A DNA stretch of 64,000 bases from assembly GCA_965287045.1 (NCBI GenBank), contig OZ336874.1, positions 41,292,001 through 41,356,000 on the forward strand, read 5' to 3'. The notes under the pieces were generated by a model. It made no database searches. It was given only the letters and a program-made list of their open reading frames with translations, and was not told where the DNA came from. This document shows positions 46,665 through 59,730 of this stretch, in pieces. Source of the stretch: Carcharhinus amblyrhynchos. Its lineage: Eukaryota. The position numbers were made by a program, and so were the translations under genes. The first letter of the stretch is position 1. Each line of letters opens with the position of its first letter.

Positions 46665-47464
46665 TGTTGGGCTCACTAGCCTTGCTCTCGTTGTGGGGCT
46701 GCATTGGATATGGATGGGCACACAAAGGAAGTGTCATTGATTTAGCCACCTATTGCCTGTTACATACTATATTCAGTTCCATTGACTTCCACAGAAGCTT
46801 GCTACATCATAGTCAGCAGTTGAAATTCTGCCTGTTTTGTGCTTTCCTCCTTTCCAATCATATCCTGTTTCACTTCCTGTGAGCCTGATTTTCAAACTCT
46901 GACATGGTTTAGCAAACAATTTGGTGCCGGTATCAATGGGAAAGCAGCAAGTTTAGCTTTACCAATGTTACCGAAACCCCGGGAACAATACTTTTTTCTT
47001 GAAAGTCGACAGAAAAGATAATGCAAACAAAAGAAAAATGTGAACACTGTTAAAAATCAAAGGTTATGTAAAATCTCTTGGTAAAGGTTAGGCTGGGCGG
47101 CCATAAAGGGCATATTATCATATTAAGGCTGTCACCAGATGCCCTTTATTGAAGGTGGTGACATTGAGCATTTGATCTCCTATGCTCTATATAGAAAGAC
47201 AGAGCCACCTGTTAAATTATGCAACTTGCGCAATCTTGCAGACAAATGGCAAATTAATCAGGCTAAAATCCCTGGTTTTTAAGACTTCTGCATTTTTAAA
47301 GAAGAGAGAGTAATTGTTTAGTGACTTGGCAGGTTGATTTTCATTATAGATGGGTCTCCATAGGTCTGTGTCAGGTCACCAAGGAATGATAGCCTTTGCA
47401 TAGATAAATAAACGAGATGAGGCTAACGTGATTTTCAAGGCCTTGGCAGAACTTTACTGTGACC

Positions 47465-47484
47465 TTCTCTCTCTCTCTCTCTCT
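47465..47484. repeat. (CT)n microsatellite
   Basis: ttctctctctctctctctctc. Confidence 0.9.
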
Positions 47485-48212
47485 CCCCTTCTCCATCTAT
47501 AGCTATTATACACATATTTATATATAATATATGTCCTATAATTTATCAAGCTAACATAATGGGCAGATGTAAATAAACAAATAATGCACAGATGGATGCA
47601 GTTATTCTTCTGCCAAGCACTAATGACCGTCATTAAAATGCACAAAGGAATATGTGCAATATTGCAGTCTCAGGCATTGAATTAATTTGGTGGATCACAG
47701 GCAGGAGTTGCCAAAAGTACAAATATTTTGCAAGCAGATCCACAAGGAACAAGACAAAAAACTTTAGAAGAATCATTAGTTTACAAGGTGCTTGGCTATT
47801 TCAAATTATACTGGCATGTTCCAATTAAGATTTTCTTTAAAGAGTACGAACTTAAAATCTTGTCAGTTGGTTACAGGAGATAAAACATGACATTAGAACT
47901 ATAGACTGGGTTACTTAAGAGGTGGGTGATAAGTACTTGTGTGACATTTAGTCTAAATACTGCAGATGGAATGGAGATTAATGAAGATCTGAATTTTTGA
48001 AGCCGTTTTTGTTTTGATCGAATAATTATTTTGATCTCTCCATTTGAATGATGCCTGGGACCAAAAGGTAAATACAGTTAAATGTGGGAATGATTACAAC
48101 TCTCAGATGACATTAGAGCCATCTCACTGAAATAAATTCTTTTTAATTAATAAGCAAACTACAACAGAGTCCTGGCCTTGCCCCATTGAAGTTACCCAGA
48201 TGGTCATTTAGT

Positions 48213-48672
48213 TATAGAGTCATAGAGGTTTACAGCATGGAAACAGGTCCTTTGGCCCAACCTGTCCATGACACCCAGTTTTTAACCACTAAGCCAGTCC
48301 CAATTGCCTTCATTTGGCCCATATTCTGTTACATCCATCTCACCCATGTAACTGTCTAAATGCTTTTTAAAAGACAAGTTGTCTATTACTCCACTACTGC
48401 CTCTGGCAACTTGTTCCAAATACTCACCACTCTCTGTGTGGAAAAAATTGCCCCTCTGGGCCCTTTTGTATCTCTTCCCTTAAAATCTATGCCCTCTAGT
48501 TTTAGATTCCCCTAGCTGTTGGAAAGGATGTTGACTACCTACCTTATCTATGCCCTTCATTATTTCATAGACTGCTAGAAGATCAGCCCTAAGCCTCCAA
48601 TGCACCAGAGGGAAAAAAATTCCAGTCCATCCAGCCTCTCTTTATAATTCAAACTATCAAGTCTCAGTAGCA
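48213..48672 (-). mobile_element. CR1 LINE 3' fragment
   Basis: atagagtcatagagg tail; cagcatggaaacaggtcctttggccc; RT C-terminal remnants. Confidence 0.88.
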
Positions 48673-48959
48673 TTCAGCTTATAAAGGCGTAAACTCCTCC
48701 ACACAACAAGAAACTGGGAGGCAGGTTAGGCAGCTTGAATGCAGGAGTGATGGGAGAAAAGTGTACTCAAGCAAAGTCAGATCGGCCATCTGACATTGTG
48801 GAATCTTATCTTGACCTTTCTTAAAGCATCTCGATCCATTATGAGGGATTTTAACAGCTAAAAAGGGTGAGTTTAGGTCAGGTACGGTCATGGTTATCAT
48901 GTCCGAGTAGGACAGATGGAGAGGAGGTGTTGACAGCCATCTGCCTGTTAAATAATGTC

Positions 48960-49130
48960 TTCTCTCTCTCTCTTAGACAGTACCTCACAGTTAAGGATGA
49001 CTTGCTTCCACACTAAAATGAATCCCCAAGTGACTGTGAAGTCCACTACATGACCTACAGTCTGCCATAGGTGGGGCAGACAGTTGGTGGAGTAGGTGAG
49101 TGGGGTGCCCAGTTGTCATGCACTCCTATC
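48960..49130 (-). mobile_element. RTE-type 3' tail remnant
   Basis: cttagacagtacctcacagttaaggatgacttgcttcc. Confidence 0.45.
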
Positions 49131-51347
49131 TCCGGCCAAATTAAATGATGGGCTCCAACTTCATTGGGTACCAGTCTGCCATCAGGAAGTTTCTGTTGAT
49201 AGTAGAATCTCTCCATCAACTGGCCCAATAATCGCTTAATTGGCTACCCACTTCTGCCAGATAGCCTCTGGCAACACACCCTACGTGTGACAAGATTGCT
49301 CAAAGGTAGGTAGCCGAAAGAATGCACTTTTTTCCAATTTTGCTCCTAGCCTCACCTCCTAGCTTGTTTCTGTGGGACAAGGAAATTTTAGCCCAATTTC
49401 TTGTTTGAAAGATAAGGAACGGAAGAAGGTGGAGTGTATTGTCACATATAGGAACCAGGGACATGTTAGTCACCATGTGATTAAGCAGAATACTTGGGAG
49501 TGTACAAGCCTTTCAGGTAGTCTTTAATAAATCCAAATCTTTGCCACACCAGGAATCAATATGGAACTATACCATTGCAAAAGCTCCAAAGTAGTGAATG
49601 CAAATATGGTACAAGTTCTTACAAGTATCATGACATTGTTGTCAATCAAGAAATGCACCGTGCTTCAAATGATTTCTTTTACGACTTCATGATGTTTAAC
49701 AATAGGTGTTTCCATAAAATATAATTTGTAAATTATTCATGTTATATATGAAAAAATAATTTTGAGATTTGTAGAAGTATACCACTCAGATTGTTGTACT
49801 ATTTATTGCCATTTGGACCTCTTACTATTTGCACATCTGCTTGGTATTAAGTAACTGTTGATAAACCAATGCAATCATTAGTGAATAAAACAAATTAGCA
49901 ACTAGTATATTAATGGTAATTAATTCTACAGCCACATTTTGTTACCTTTCTCTTTCTGAAAAAAAGCAATTAATCAATACCGTAAAATATACTTGAATCA
50001 GTTTTCTAAATAGTTAATGCATACATAATTGCTCATTTATTTTTTGAAAGACTCTGTGATCAGGACATGAACAATACTTTGCTCTTCTCCATTAATCATT
50101 ACATTGTCATGCCTGACAACCACTTCAAAGAATAGGTAAAAATTCCGATGCCAAAACTATGTGGGTCTCCAGGGGATCTGAGTTAATGTTCCTCAGCAAT
50201 AAGTAGAAAAAAATAAACTGCAAAATATAGATTTTTACAGCAGTTTGTGTGCGCATTTATGCATTCAAGCTTTAATTTGCGTGGAAAAATATTATATTTT
50301 TTGTTTGAATAATCTGCAATGTTTGGAATTGATTCAATAAAAGGCATACAATGGGAATGGAGAATCTATTCTACAAGTGAAGAAGGCCTGATAACTCATG
50401 AGTGACAGGGGCATTTTTGAGATGTATAAACTTCTTCCTCGGGAGTGGAATAAATTGTGGATCTTGCAGCTCCCTGCTGAGTAATCTCTTTATACAACAC
50501 GTGTTTTATGTAATAAAACATTTAAAATGAAATGAATAAATTATGCAAATGACAGAATGCGTGATTGTGCTATATTTTTGTTACAAGGATGGGAATGATA
50601 ATTTTACCACCCGGTGACCTGATAATTTACAGCAATGAAACTAAAAATGGAATTCCCTGCAGTGAATAATCACTTAATCATCTAAATCTGTGATGATCTA
50701 AATATAGTGCCAAAGCCTTCAAGGGTTTATGCATTATTAGGAATCGTCAATTTCAGTTTTCTTTTAAATCAAATTCCTTGAAAGCTCTTTGGTAATTCTC
50801 GGCGGAACGTAAGGGGGATGAAAATGAATGTTACAATTTTCTGGGTGACGGCTGGGGGAAATTCTCTACGTTACAAAAACAATTGCACAGTAAATACCTT
50901 TTAAACCAAATGAAATGACTCAATGTTTTTCACCCTTCAACACTTCATTTCACATGGTGAAAACAACAATTCAATGCTGGTGTATTTAACATTTGCACAT
51001 TAACTCTATTGACAAGTTACAGACTACAAAGTTCCTTCTCAAAAGAATAAGAGGAAATATAATTTGATAACTGAAAATAGTGCATTATCAAAATTAGGGA
51101 TAGCCCCATAGTTTGTGACAAGTATTTAGTTCATGGTTCATGTTAATAGTGTAGCGATAATTAAGATTGTTATTGTGAAGGTAATGAAAATGCTGAGCTT
51201 TAGAGAATACCAGAAACCAAATGGCAATTCAGAAGGTTAATAGAGTCTGCAAAGAAGTGATGGAGCCATAAAACACCACGGGTTTTACCTAGCTGTCGAT
51301 TGAAGTTGTGATGTTTGCAGTACTTGTAAAGGACAGTCCAGAGAAAT

Positions 51348-51655
51348 AAAAGTTAAAGTTTATTTATTCGTCACAAGTAGGCTTACATTCATACTGCAAT
51401 GAAGTTACTGTGAAAATCCCCCAGTCACCACACTCTGGCACCTGTTCGGATACACTGAGGGAGAACTTAGCATGGCTAATGCACCGAACCAACACGCCTT
51501 TTGGACAGTGGGAGGAAACCAGAGCACCCAGAGGAAACCCACACAGACATAGGGAGAACATGCAGACTCCACATAAGCAGCAATCCAAGCTGGGAATTGA
51601 ACCCATGTCCCTGGCGCTGTGACATAGCAGTGCTAACCACTGTGTTGGTGCCGCC
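51348..51655 (-). mobile_element. V-SINE variant with non-CR1 tail (second copy)
   Basis: aaagtttatttattcgtcacaagtaggcttac...gcaatgaagttactgtgaaaat; V core; head gcagtgctaaccactg. Confidence 0.9.
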
Positions 51656-52076
51656 TTCGGTTGATGCTTGGTTTTGGGGGGAGGTACAGCTAAATTCTTT
51701 GAAGGCATTCACTGAACCTTGAAAGACTACATCATCATGGAAGTGTGCAGAACTTAAGCATATTCGCTTTTTTCAATTTATCTGTGTATAATTGCCGGGA
51801 GAAGGAATTGTTTGCAATTCAGACCGCATGTGTTTTGCAGCTCACAGTGAAACCCAGCTTAGTGAATCCAACAATCCGCGAAAGAGTTGGAAGTGTATCA
51901 ATAATTTGAGGTAACAATGCAACTTTAAGAATTCCGTTGAACGTAGTCTCAGGAGAAGAGATTGTGCCATCAGGAAGTGAGCAATTGTTGAAGCAGTTTA
52001 AGAAAGAACTACTTTGGAGGTAATTCAGATGCTGGATCTTCGAAAGCAGATCCTTGTCCCCTTGTGAGGGGACAGA

Positions 52077-52248
52077 GGCTGGAATTTTCCAGCTGTTCAT
52101 ACCATTGGGATCTTCTGGCCCTGTTGATGGCTCACCCTTGCCTCAGGCTTCCCATTGAAAGCAGCAGGACTAGAAGATCACGCAGCTATTGAATGGGGGC
52201 CATTTTCCACCATGAGAAACATGCTGCGGGGAAGCCAGAGAACCCTCG
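52077..52248. mobile_element. MITE-like element
   Basis: Left terminus ggctggaattttcc; internal gggatcttctggcc / ggactagaagatc. Confidence 0.55.
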
Positions 52249-52859
52249 AGAGTTTTAGAAAGATATTTTGACTCAATATGGTTACTGACACCTAGATCAG
52301 TTGCTGAGAAATCTATAGATCAGTCTGGATCGCATCTGGCATTTAATATGCAGTGTACTGTGTTTGACCACAGCTTGCCTGTTAATTTTGAATGTTAGGT
52401 TATACATTATTGTACCTTTCTGACTTTTTATAGTGAAGTTTATTTTGTTCATTTAAAACTGTGGAATTTTGTGGCTTTATTCTCCAAGGATGAACAGGGA
52501 TTTTAAATGTTGTCAACTTTAAACAAAAAGTTACTGGCCCCTAACCAGAACATAACAAGTTTAAAACACAGGATTATTGAGAATGCTGTTAATAGGCACA
52601 AACAATAAATGTCAATTAAGTTGCTCCTATATTATTTTTAAGCATTTCTTTAGCAGCTAACTGGTCATTTAATTGGTTGAAATGTAATTAAGATAGCTGT
52701 GAAGTAGGCAATGTTTGTGCCAAATTGCCCTGGGTCAAATACAAATGAAACAATTTGTATTGATGAGGTACTGGGAGCTTCAGTAACCACTGCAATGGGA
52801 AGGTTAAGCAATGTATTGATACTGGAGGACGGCCTCAAATATACTAAAGAAGCGGCAAT

Positions 52860-53084
52860 CTTGCTGGTGTTTATGATCCCGCCAGTGTATACGCCAGCCA
52901 GATTGCTGCTGCTTTCTTACAAATCCCATCAGCAATGCACCCCTGCTGTGAGTTTCCCGGCAACGAGGGATGCATTCACCAGGAAACCCCTGATGGCAGG
53001 ACTTTAAGATACTACCACCAGCGACTGGCGCACTGCCTCCCGCCACCTTGAAACACACCACGGAGGGAGAGGAAAATCCCGCCC
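52860..53084. mobile_element. MITE-like element
   Basis: Right terminus ggaaaatcccgccc; same family motifs as above. Confidence 0.5.
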
Positions 53085-53111
53085 AGTACTGTTACTGTGA
53101 TGACTTGTATT

Positions 53112-53420
53112 TACAGAATAATGAAAGGCCTGGATAGAGTGGACATGGGGCAGATTTTTCCATTAGTAGGAGAGAGTAGGACCTGAGGACATAGACTCAG
53201 AATGAAGGGCAACCCTTTAGAACTGAGATGAGGACAAATTTCTTCAGACAGAGAGTGGTGAATCTATGGAATTCATTGCCGAAGGCTGTGGACGCTAGGA
53301 CATTGAGTGTATTTAAGACAATAGATAGGTTCCTGATTAGTAAAAGGATCAAGGGTTATGGGGGAAAAGCGGGGAATGGAGTTGAGAAAGTTATCAACCA
53401 TGATTGAATGGCGGAGCAAT
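53112..53420 (+). mobile_element. CR1 LINE 3' fragment
   Basis: tttagaactgagatgaggacaaatttcttc...gtggtgaatctatggaattc...atcaagggttatgggg. Confidence 0.9.
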
Positions 53421-53999
53421 CTTATGAAAACAATGTGATCTCAATGATTTTGAAGGCATAGTGGAAATTCCAAAAGAAGACATATAATTTTAAGAAGGCC
53501 ACAAAGATAAAGGAGTGCATAAATAACACAGTAAATAATACTGTAAATTACTGCAGAAGGGAACAGAGATGAGTAGGATGGAAAGTAATGGTTATTAATC
53601 TATTCAAATACTGAATTGAACAACAGCCAATGTAGTAGAAATGGATTTAGCAGGAACATTGAGTACAATGACAGAGCAGGGTTCTCTGTAAAGCTCATCA
53701 CATACTTTGTTACTCAGATATTTAAGAAACCAGTAGTAGACCATGGGGGCAGACATCTAACCCACCAAGGACTGCTGACCAATCATAGGCCAACAGCTCT
53801 ATGGGGGGAATACTCAACAGTGGCTGCTGTTGATACTACAGCCACCAGAAGCCTGGGCTGGTGCAGTATCCAGGTGCTATTGAGTGATGGCAGGAATGAG
53901 CCATGGGAAAGGGATCATGAGGGAAAGAAAGGGAAGGGGGTTAGCAGGAAGAGCAGAAGATTGGCTAACTGGTCCCACAATCGGGCACCAACGGTAAAT

Positions 54000-55493
54000 A
54001 GAAAAATAGAAACTAGAAGCAGAAGAAGGCTATTTGGCTCTTTGTGCCTGTTCTGCCATTTATTCTCAATATGGCCGATCATCAAATCTAATACCTGGAA
54101 CCCACTCCCCTTCTCCCCCATATTTGTTGATCTCTTTCATCCCAATCGCTATATCTAATTTCTTCTTGAAGCCAGACAACATTTTAGGTTCAACTACTTT
54201 CTGTGGTAAAGAAATTTCTCCTCACCTCAGTTCTAAAAAGTTTACCCCTTATCCTCAAACTATGACTCCTAGTTCTGGACTCCCCCACCATGGGGGACAT
54301 TCTTTCTGAGTCTGAATCTACTCTGTCTAAATTCTGTTAGAATTTATCAGTTTCTATGAGATCCTCTCTAAACTCAGTGAATATAATCCTAACCAACTTA
54401 GTCGCTCCTCATATGACAGACCTGCCATCCTAGGAATCAGCCTGGAAAACCTTCACCATACACCCTCTATAGTAAAGACATTCTCCCTCACATAAGAACA
54501 CCAAAACTGCACACAATATTCCAGGTGTGGCCTCACCAACGCCCTATACAATTGCAGCAAAATACGTCCCTATCCCTATACTCAAATCCTCTCGCTATGA
54601 AGGCCAACATACCATTTTCCATCTTTGCTGCCTGCTATACCTGCGCACTTACTTTCAGTGATTGAAAACTTACTCTCAACCTTGAATTGAAATTGAGATT
54701 GAAAAATCCCTCAATTTACACCCATTCAAATTATAATCTGTCTCCCTATTATTGCACCAAAGTGGATAGCCTCACATTTAACCATGTTATATGCATCTGC
54801 CATAAATATGACCACACACTCAGCCTGTCCAAATCATGCTGAATCCTCTTCACAGCTCACCTTCCCAACCAACTTTGTATCATCTGCAAATTTGGAGATA
54901 ATAGATTCAGTTCCCTCTTCCAAATCATTAATATATAACATGAACAGTTGGTGTCCTAGCACAGTTCTCTGCGGAACCCCACTAATCACTGATTGCCAAT
55001 CAGAAAAAGACCATTTTATGCCAATCTACTAACCAGCTCTCTATTCATCTCAAGATGTTACCTGCAATCCCACGTGCTTTCACTTTACATAGTAGCCTGT
55101 TATGTGAGGCCTTGTCGAAAGCCTTCTGAAAGTCAAAATAAACCACATCTACTGGTTCTCATTGGTCAACTCTACTGAATACATCCTCAAATAACTCCAA
55201 TAGATTCATCAAGCATGATTTCCCTTTTGTAATTCTGTGCTGACTTCATCTGAGTATACCACTGCCTTCCAAATGCTGAGTTATGAAATCCTTGATAATG
55301 GACTCTAGCAACTTTCCCAGTACCGATGTTCGGCTCACTGGTCTATAGTTCCCTTGTTTTTTCTCCACCTCCCTTTTTGAGTAGTGGCTTATGTGAGCTA
55401 CCCTCCAATCTGTAGGAACTAGCCCAGAATCTAAAGAATATTGAAAAATAACCACCAATGGATCTACTATTTCCAGGGCCACTTCCTTAAGTA
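54000..55493 (-). mobile_element. Degenerate CR1 LINE (RT to 3' end)
   Basis: ALEIVDPLVVIFQYSLDSG.VPTDWRVA, GNYRPVS.TSV.GKLLESIIKD; FADD-region remnant at 54870-54895; tail atagaaaaatagaaa. Confidence 0.9.
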
Positions 55494-56254
55494 TGAATGA
55501 AGGATCCTGACGGAGTCTATAAGCAAACGTACCAGGAATAGATTATCATGGTCCCCAGTTGGTGATCTCTCCACCTGTTGTTACTGGGGTGAGGCCTCCA
55601 AGTGGGCATCAGTTGGCCACTTAAGGGCCTCAATTAGCAGTAAGGTGGGAAAGCGGCCTATGGCCTTCCCTGCTTTGGCCTTAATTGAGTGGAGGTGGGG
55701 AGGTGGAAGAAGTCTCTGCCTGCCCCCTCCCAGCATGATTAAATGTCCTCATGCCACCAGAATTAACAATGGGGGAGCAGAAGATCGCTTCCATTATGTG
55801 AGTGCGAATGCATCACATGAAGAATTGCCATTGACCAAAACATGTTGTTTAAATTTTCACCATCCATGTCTGCATGAAACAAGACCTCGGCAATCTTTGT
55901 TCTTGGAGTAATAAGTGACCGCCGCATTTGTACCACAAATATGCCAGGCAATGGCTATTTCAAAAAAAGGAGAATCTAACCACCTTCTTTTGACACTCAA
56001 AGGCATTACTATCACCAAACTTCCAACCAACAATACGCTGGGGACTATCATTGATTAGATACTTAATTGGACTAGTCAATTAAATGATGAGATTGCAAGG
56101 GAAGATCAGAGACTGGGTATACTTCTGTGAGTCATTCACCTTCAGCTGTACAAAGCTTTTCTACCATAGACAGGGCGCAAAATGATAGCTCAGTCTCCAG
56201 TGTGGCACTAAGAGAATGCTGCAGTGGAGTGTCAGCCATCATTTTGTGCCTTGT

Positions 56255-56605
56255 GTATGGTGCTAAGGGAATGCTCCACTGTTGGAGCTATGGTCTTTCA
56301 GATGGCATATTTAACTGAGATTGTATCTGCTGTCTCAGGTGGATCTGAAAGACCTCTGGGTACTACGATGTGATTTGACAAGAGCAAGGGAGTTATCCCT
56401 GATGCCCAGGCCACCATTTATTCCTCCACAGTGATCAACATCACAAAAATTCCCTGGTTGTTATCACATTGCTGTTTGTGGCAGCTTACTGTGCACAACT
56501 TGACAGCTGCGTTGCCTATATTTGATAACACATCAAAGGTATTTAATTGTCTGTAAAGTGCTTTGAGACATTCAATGGTCATTAAGTGCAATCTTCCTTT
56601 CTTTT
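56255..56605 (+). mobile_element. Deu-domain SINE (SacSINE/AmnSINE-like)
   Basis: gaatgctccactgttggag...tctcaggtggatctgaaaga...gggagttatccct...atcacattgctgtttgtgg...ctgtaaagtgctttgagac. Confidence 0.75.
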
Positions 56606-58574
56606 ATGGCCATGGTATCCCACATAATTGCCCAAATCTTGCTGACAAAATAACGGTGTATTAACAATGCTCAGACAAAGCAGAAATACACAGTGAGTTG
56701 TGAAACACCGTAATTTGCTGGTCGATTTACAACACTCCATTGTATGGCTTGGACCAATGGCAGCTCATCCTCAAGCGGTCCTGTATTTTTAAGAATGTGC
56801 TGGACTTGCACATTTAACTGAAAATAATCTCACTAAAGAAATGTATGGCTCATATGAAACAGTGTGAATACCTATTAATGCAATAGCATTTTTTAAAGGA
56901 ATGTCAATCATGCTATCAGACCCAGAAAGGAAATCATTAAAGCTGTCGCGTCTCTGTCTTGCACCTTCGTACAGATTTAAAACATTTCAATTCATTTTTA
57001 TTTTAATTTTTCTTTTTCTTTCTGTCTTTCTCTTTTAATCCAATCTTTCTTACTCTTTATTTTTCTTTATGTCCCTGATTTAACTTTACTTGATCCTAAT
57101 TCCTTCTCCATTCTCCTTTTCTCTCTATCAATACTTAAATAAAACTTTAATTAAGGAGATAGACTGTTGGTGCGGTCATTCATTAAGGTCCCAGATGTCC
57201 ACAGTTCTCATCTTGCTGCCATCAGTTTACACCTCCAAAATGTTACAGAGCAAAAAAAAAAGAAATTTGAGCCAAAGTATGCAGGATATTAAGGTTTTCC
57301 TGATGGCATACGCTGTGAAATGTCTCGCTTGAGCAAGGTTTAGGGCATTAAGTTCTGTTTTCACCTGGCCGTTTGGGAGGAAGGTGATGAATTTGTCTGC
57401 CGATAGGCTCAAAAGAACAGAGAGTGAGTCATCTAGACTATTCTTCTGCAGCTCCTAACAGCTGGCTACAGAGCAACAGTAACAGAAGTCTGCAAACAGA
57501 CCAGCTGCTCAACCTCTCATTAAAGAAGTGGGGCAGGAGAAATCGAAAATGATGGGATGATTTTCAAATTAAATGTATGCAGTTAGCAATTAAGTTGTTT
57601 TCTTTTGTGTTGCGGTGGTATTGGTGGGAACCTGTCTTCTTCAACTGTGCTCAGAGAGCAAGTTCAATTGCTGTCGGATGGATTTTTGGCAACTGTCCAG
57701 AAGTACTTACTGATTTTTTTTGAGCATCTCCTTCTGAATGTTGCTACAACAGAACTTCAATATGCTCGATGCATTCCCCTTGCCTTACGGAGGACCAAAT
57801 GGATTTCCAGGTCATGCTACTGAAGATTGGATTTGCTGGAAAAGCAATAGTGCACAAAGAATCAAAGGAAGGAAATCAATTTCGGGGGCATGTCTGTATT
57901 TGCCTAAGTACTACCAAAGCAGAAAGGGGAAGCAATACTCAAGAGGGCTCAGCATATTAACATTATCTGGACCTGCAGCATACAAAGACATATTACTTAT
58001 ATGGACAAATGTAACCATTAATATTGCAACAAATTCTGCAGTCAATCATTCATTTCAGTGAAATATCACATCTTATCCTCAGCAATTTTGAAGGTTTTTG
58101 CAAATTTGGCATGATAATTGCAGCAAAGAAGTTTTATCGAATCCATCTGCAGTACTTTCCCCCGGTTAAACAATCCATTAATGATTTGAGTTTCTATGCT
58201 AGTGTAAGAGTATACAGAAATGAATAAAGGGAGTGGCCAAGTTTGTTTGCTTCCAATAATTGTAGCCCTGATTTTGTTTCCCTCTGTATTCTCTGTAGGG
58301 TATACTTCATGCAAACAGAAAGGTGAGCTAATGGAACTTAAACAATTGCCCTTTAACGTTTTGAAGATCACTGCATATGACCTGCTCTCTGAACATTCAG
58401 ACCTTGTTTGACAAATGTAGATTTTGCTAGTTTCACTTTTAACTACTGTTCAGTTCATGACTGCTGATCATAGAATCAAATTTCATTAACTTAAACTGCT
58501 GATACCACCAGTGAAGAGACAATGTGCCCCACAAGCAGGAGACCTGAGGCTCTCCCTAAACTAGGCTTCTACAC

Positions 58575-58896
58575 TCATAGAAGAATCACAGAATCCATAC
58601 AGTGCACATAGAGGCCATTTGAGACTGAACCAACAAGAATCCCGTCCAGGCCTTATCCCCATAACCCCACATATTTACCCTACTAATGCCCCTGCCACTA
58701 AGGGTCAATTTAATGTGGCCAATCAACTTATGCCACACACTTCTGGATTGTGGAAGAAAACCAGAGCATCCAGAGGAAACTCATGCAGACACAGGGAGAA
58801 CATCCAAACTCCACACAGACAGTGACCCAAGGGATTGAACTCGGGTCCCTGGCACTGTGAGGCAGCCATGCTAACCGCTGTGACACCCTGCCATCC
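58575..58896 (-). mobile_element. HE1-type V-SINE
   Basis: Reverse-complement tail, core caaactccacacagacagtgaccc, head. Confidence 0.9.
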
Positions 58897-59572
58897 ATTT
58901 CAATGTGAACTGTTGGTATCTATCATATCTCCTGAGACAGCTGGCCCATTTCAAAAGGGCATATATCAAGTTGCTTAACCTGTTGCCAATAACAGGTTAT
59001 TGTTATTGGCAATAATAACAATTATTATTTGTTATTAATAATAATAAGTTATTATTATTACTTATAAGTAAATAAGTCCCATCGGAGGGGGAAGGACAGA
59101 AGGAGAGGCAAGCGGGTGGGTGACTGCTGCTGCTGGACCATCTAACAGCTGAACATCAGAATGGTGTAGAGATAGCTAGGCAAAGCATTTACTCTCTACC
59201 ATAGGGTTTTTCTTTCAGTGTATTCACTTTTCAGAGAAGTTACTGTATCTCTGAGCCTACTCTCCAAGTGAGTCAGCTGGTCAATTTAGCTGGTCAGATA
59301 TTAGGCCCCTTAATTTCAGATAGCCTCAAGTCCTAAGGAACATGTCAAAAACCCAACATAACTGAGCTGTCATGAACACAACTGGTAGCCAGGTCTTTAT
59401 GAAGCCTGTGAAGCAGGCCTTAGAACACACCTCTGGAAGTCCCAACCAACAATGTGGAGTCAGGACTGTTCGTGCTAGCTGTACATCAGTCCCACAGATT
59501 GGTGCACAGACCCCTACTTAATTGCATATGTGCCCCCTCCCCCACCCCAAATGATTGTCCTCTCTGATATGA

Positions 59573-59730
59573 ACCATAAGAAACAGGAGCTGGCAGAGGT
59601 CATTAATTTGGCTCCTTGAGCCTGCATTGCTATTCAATAACAGCATGGTTGATCTTCAACCTGAACTCCACCTCACCACAAAATCCCTTCATTTTCGTCT
59701 TGAATATGCCCACTATCTGAGCATCTACAG
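59573..59730 (-). mobile_element. CR1 3' tail remnant
   Basis: accataagaaacaggagc...ccttgagcctgc...attcaataac. Confidence 0.7.

Noticed and set aside
53616-54158. 180-aa ORF
   Set aside because: TTG start; runs into an antisense CR1 tail; no domain
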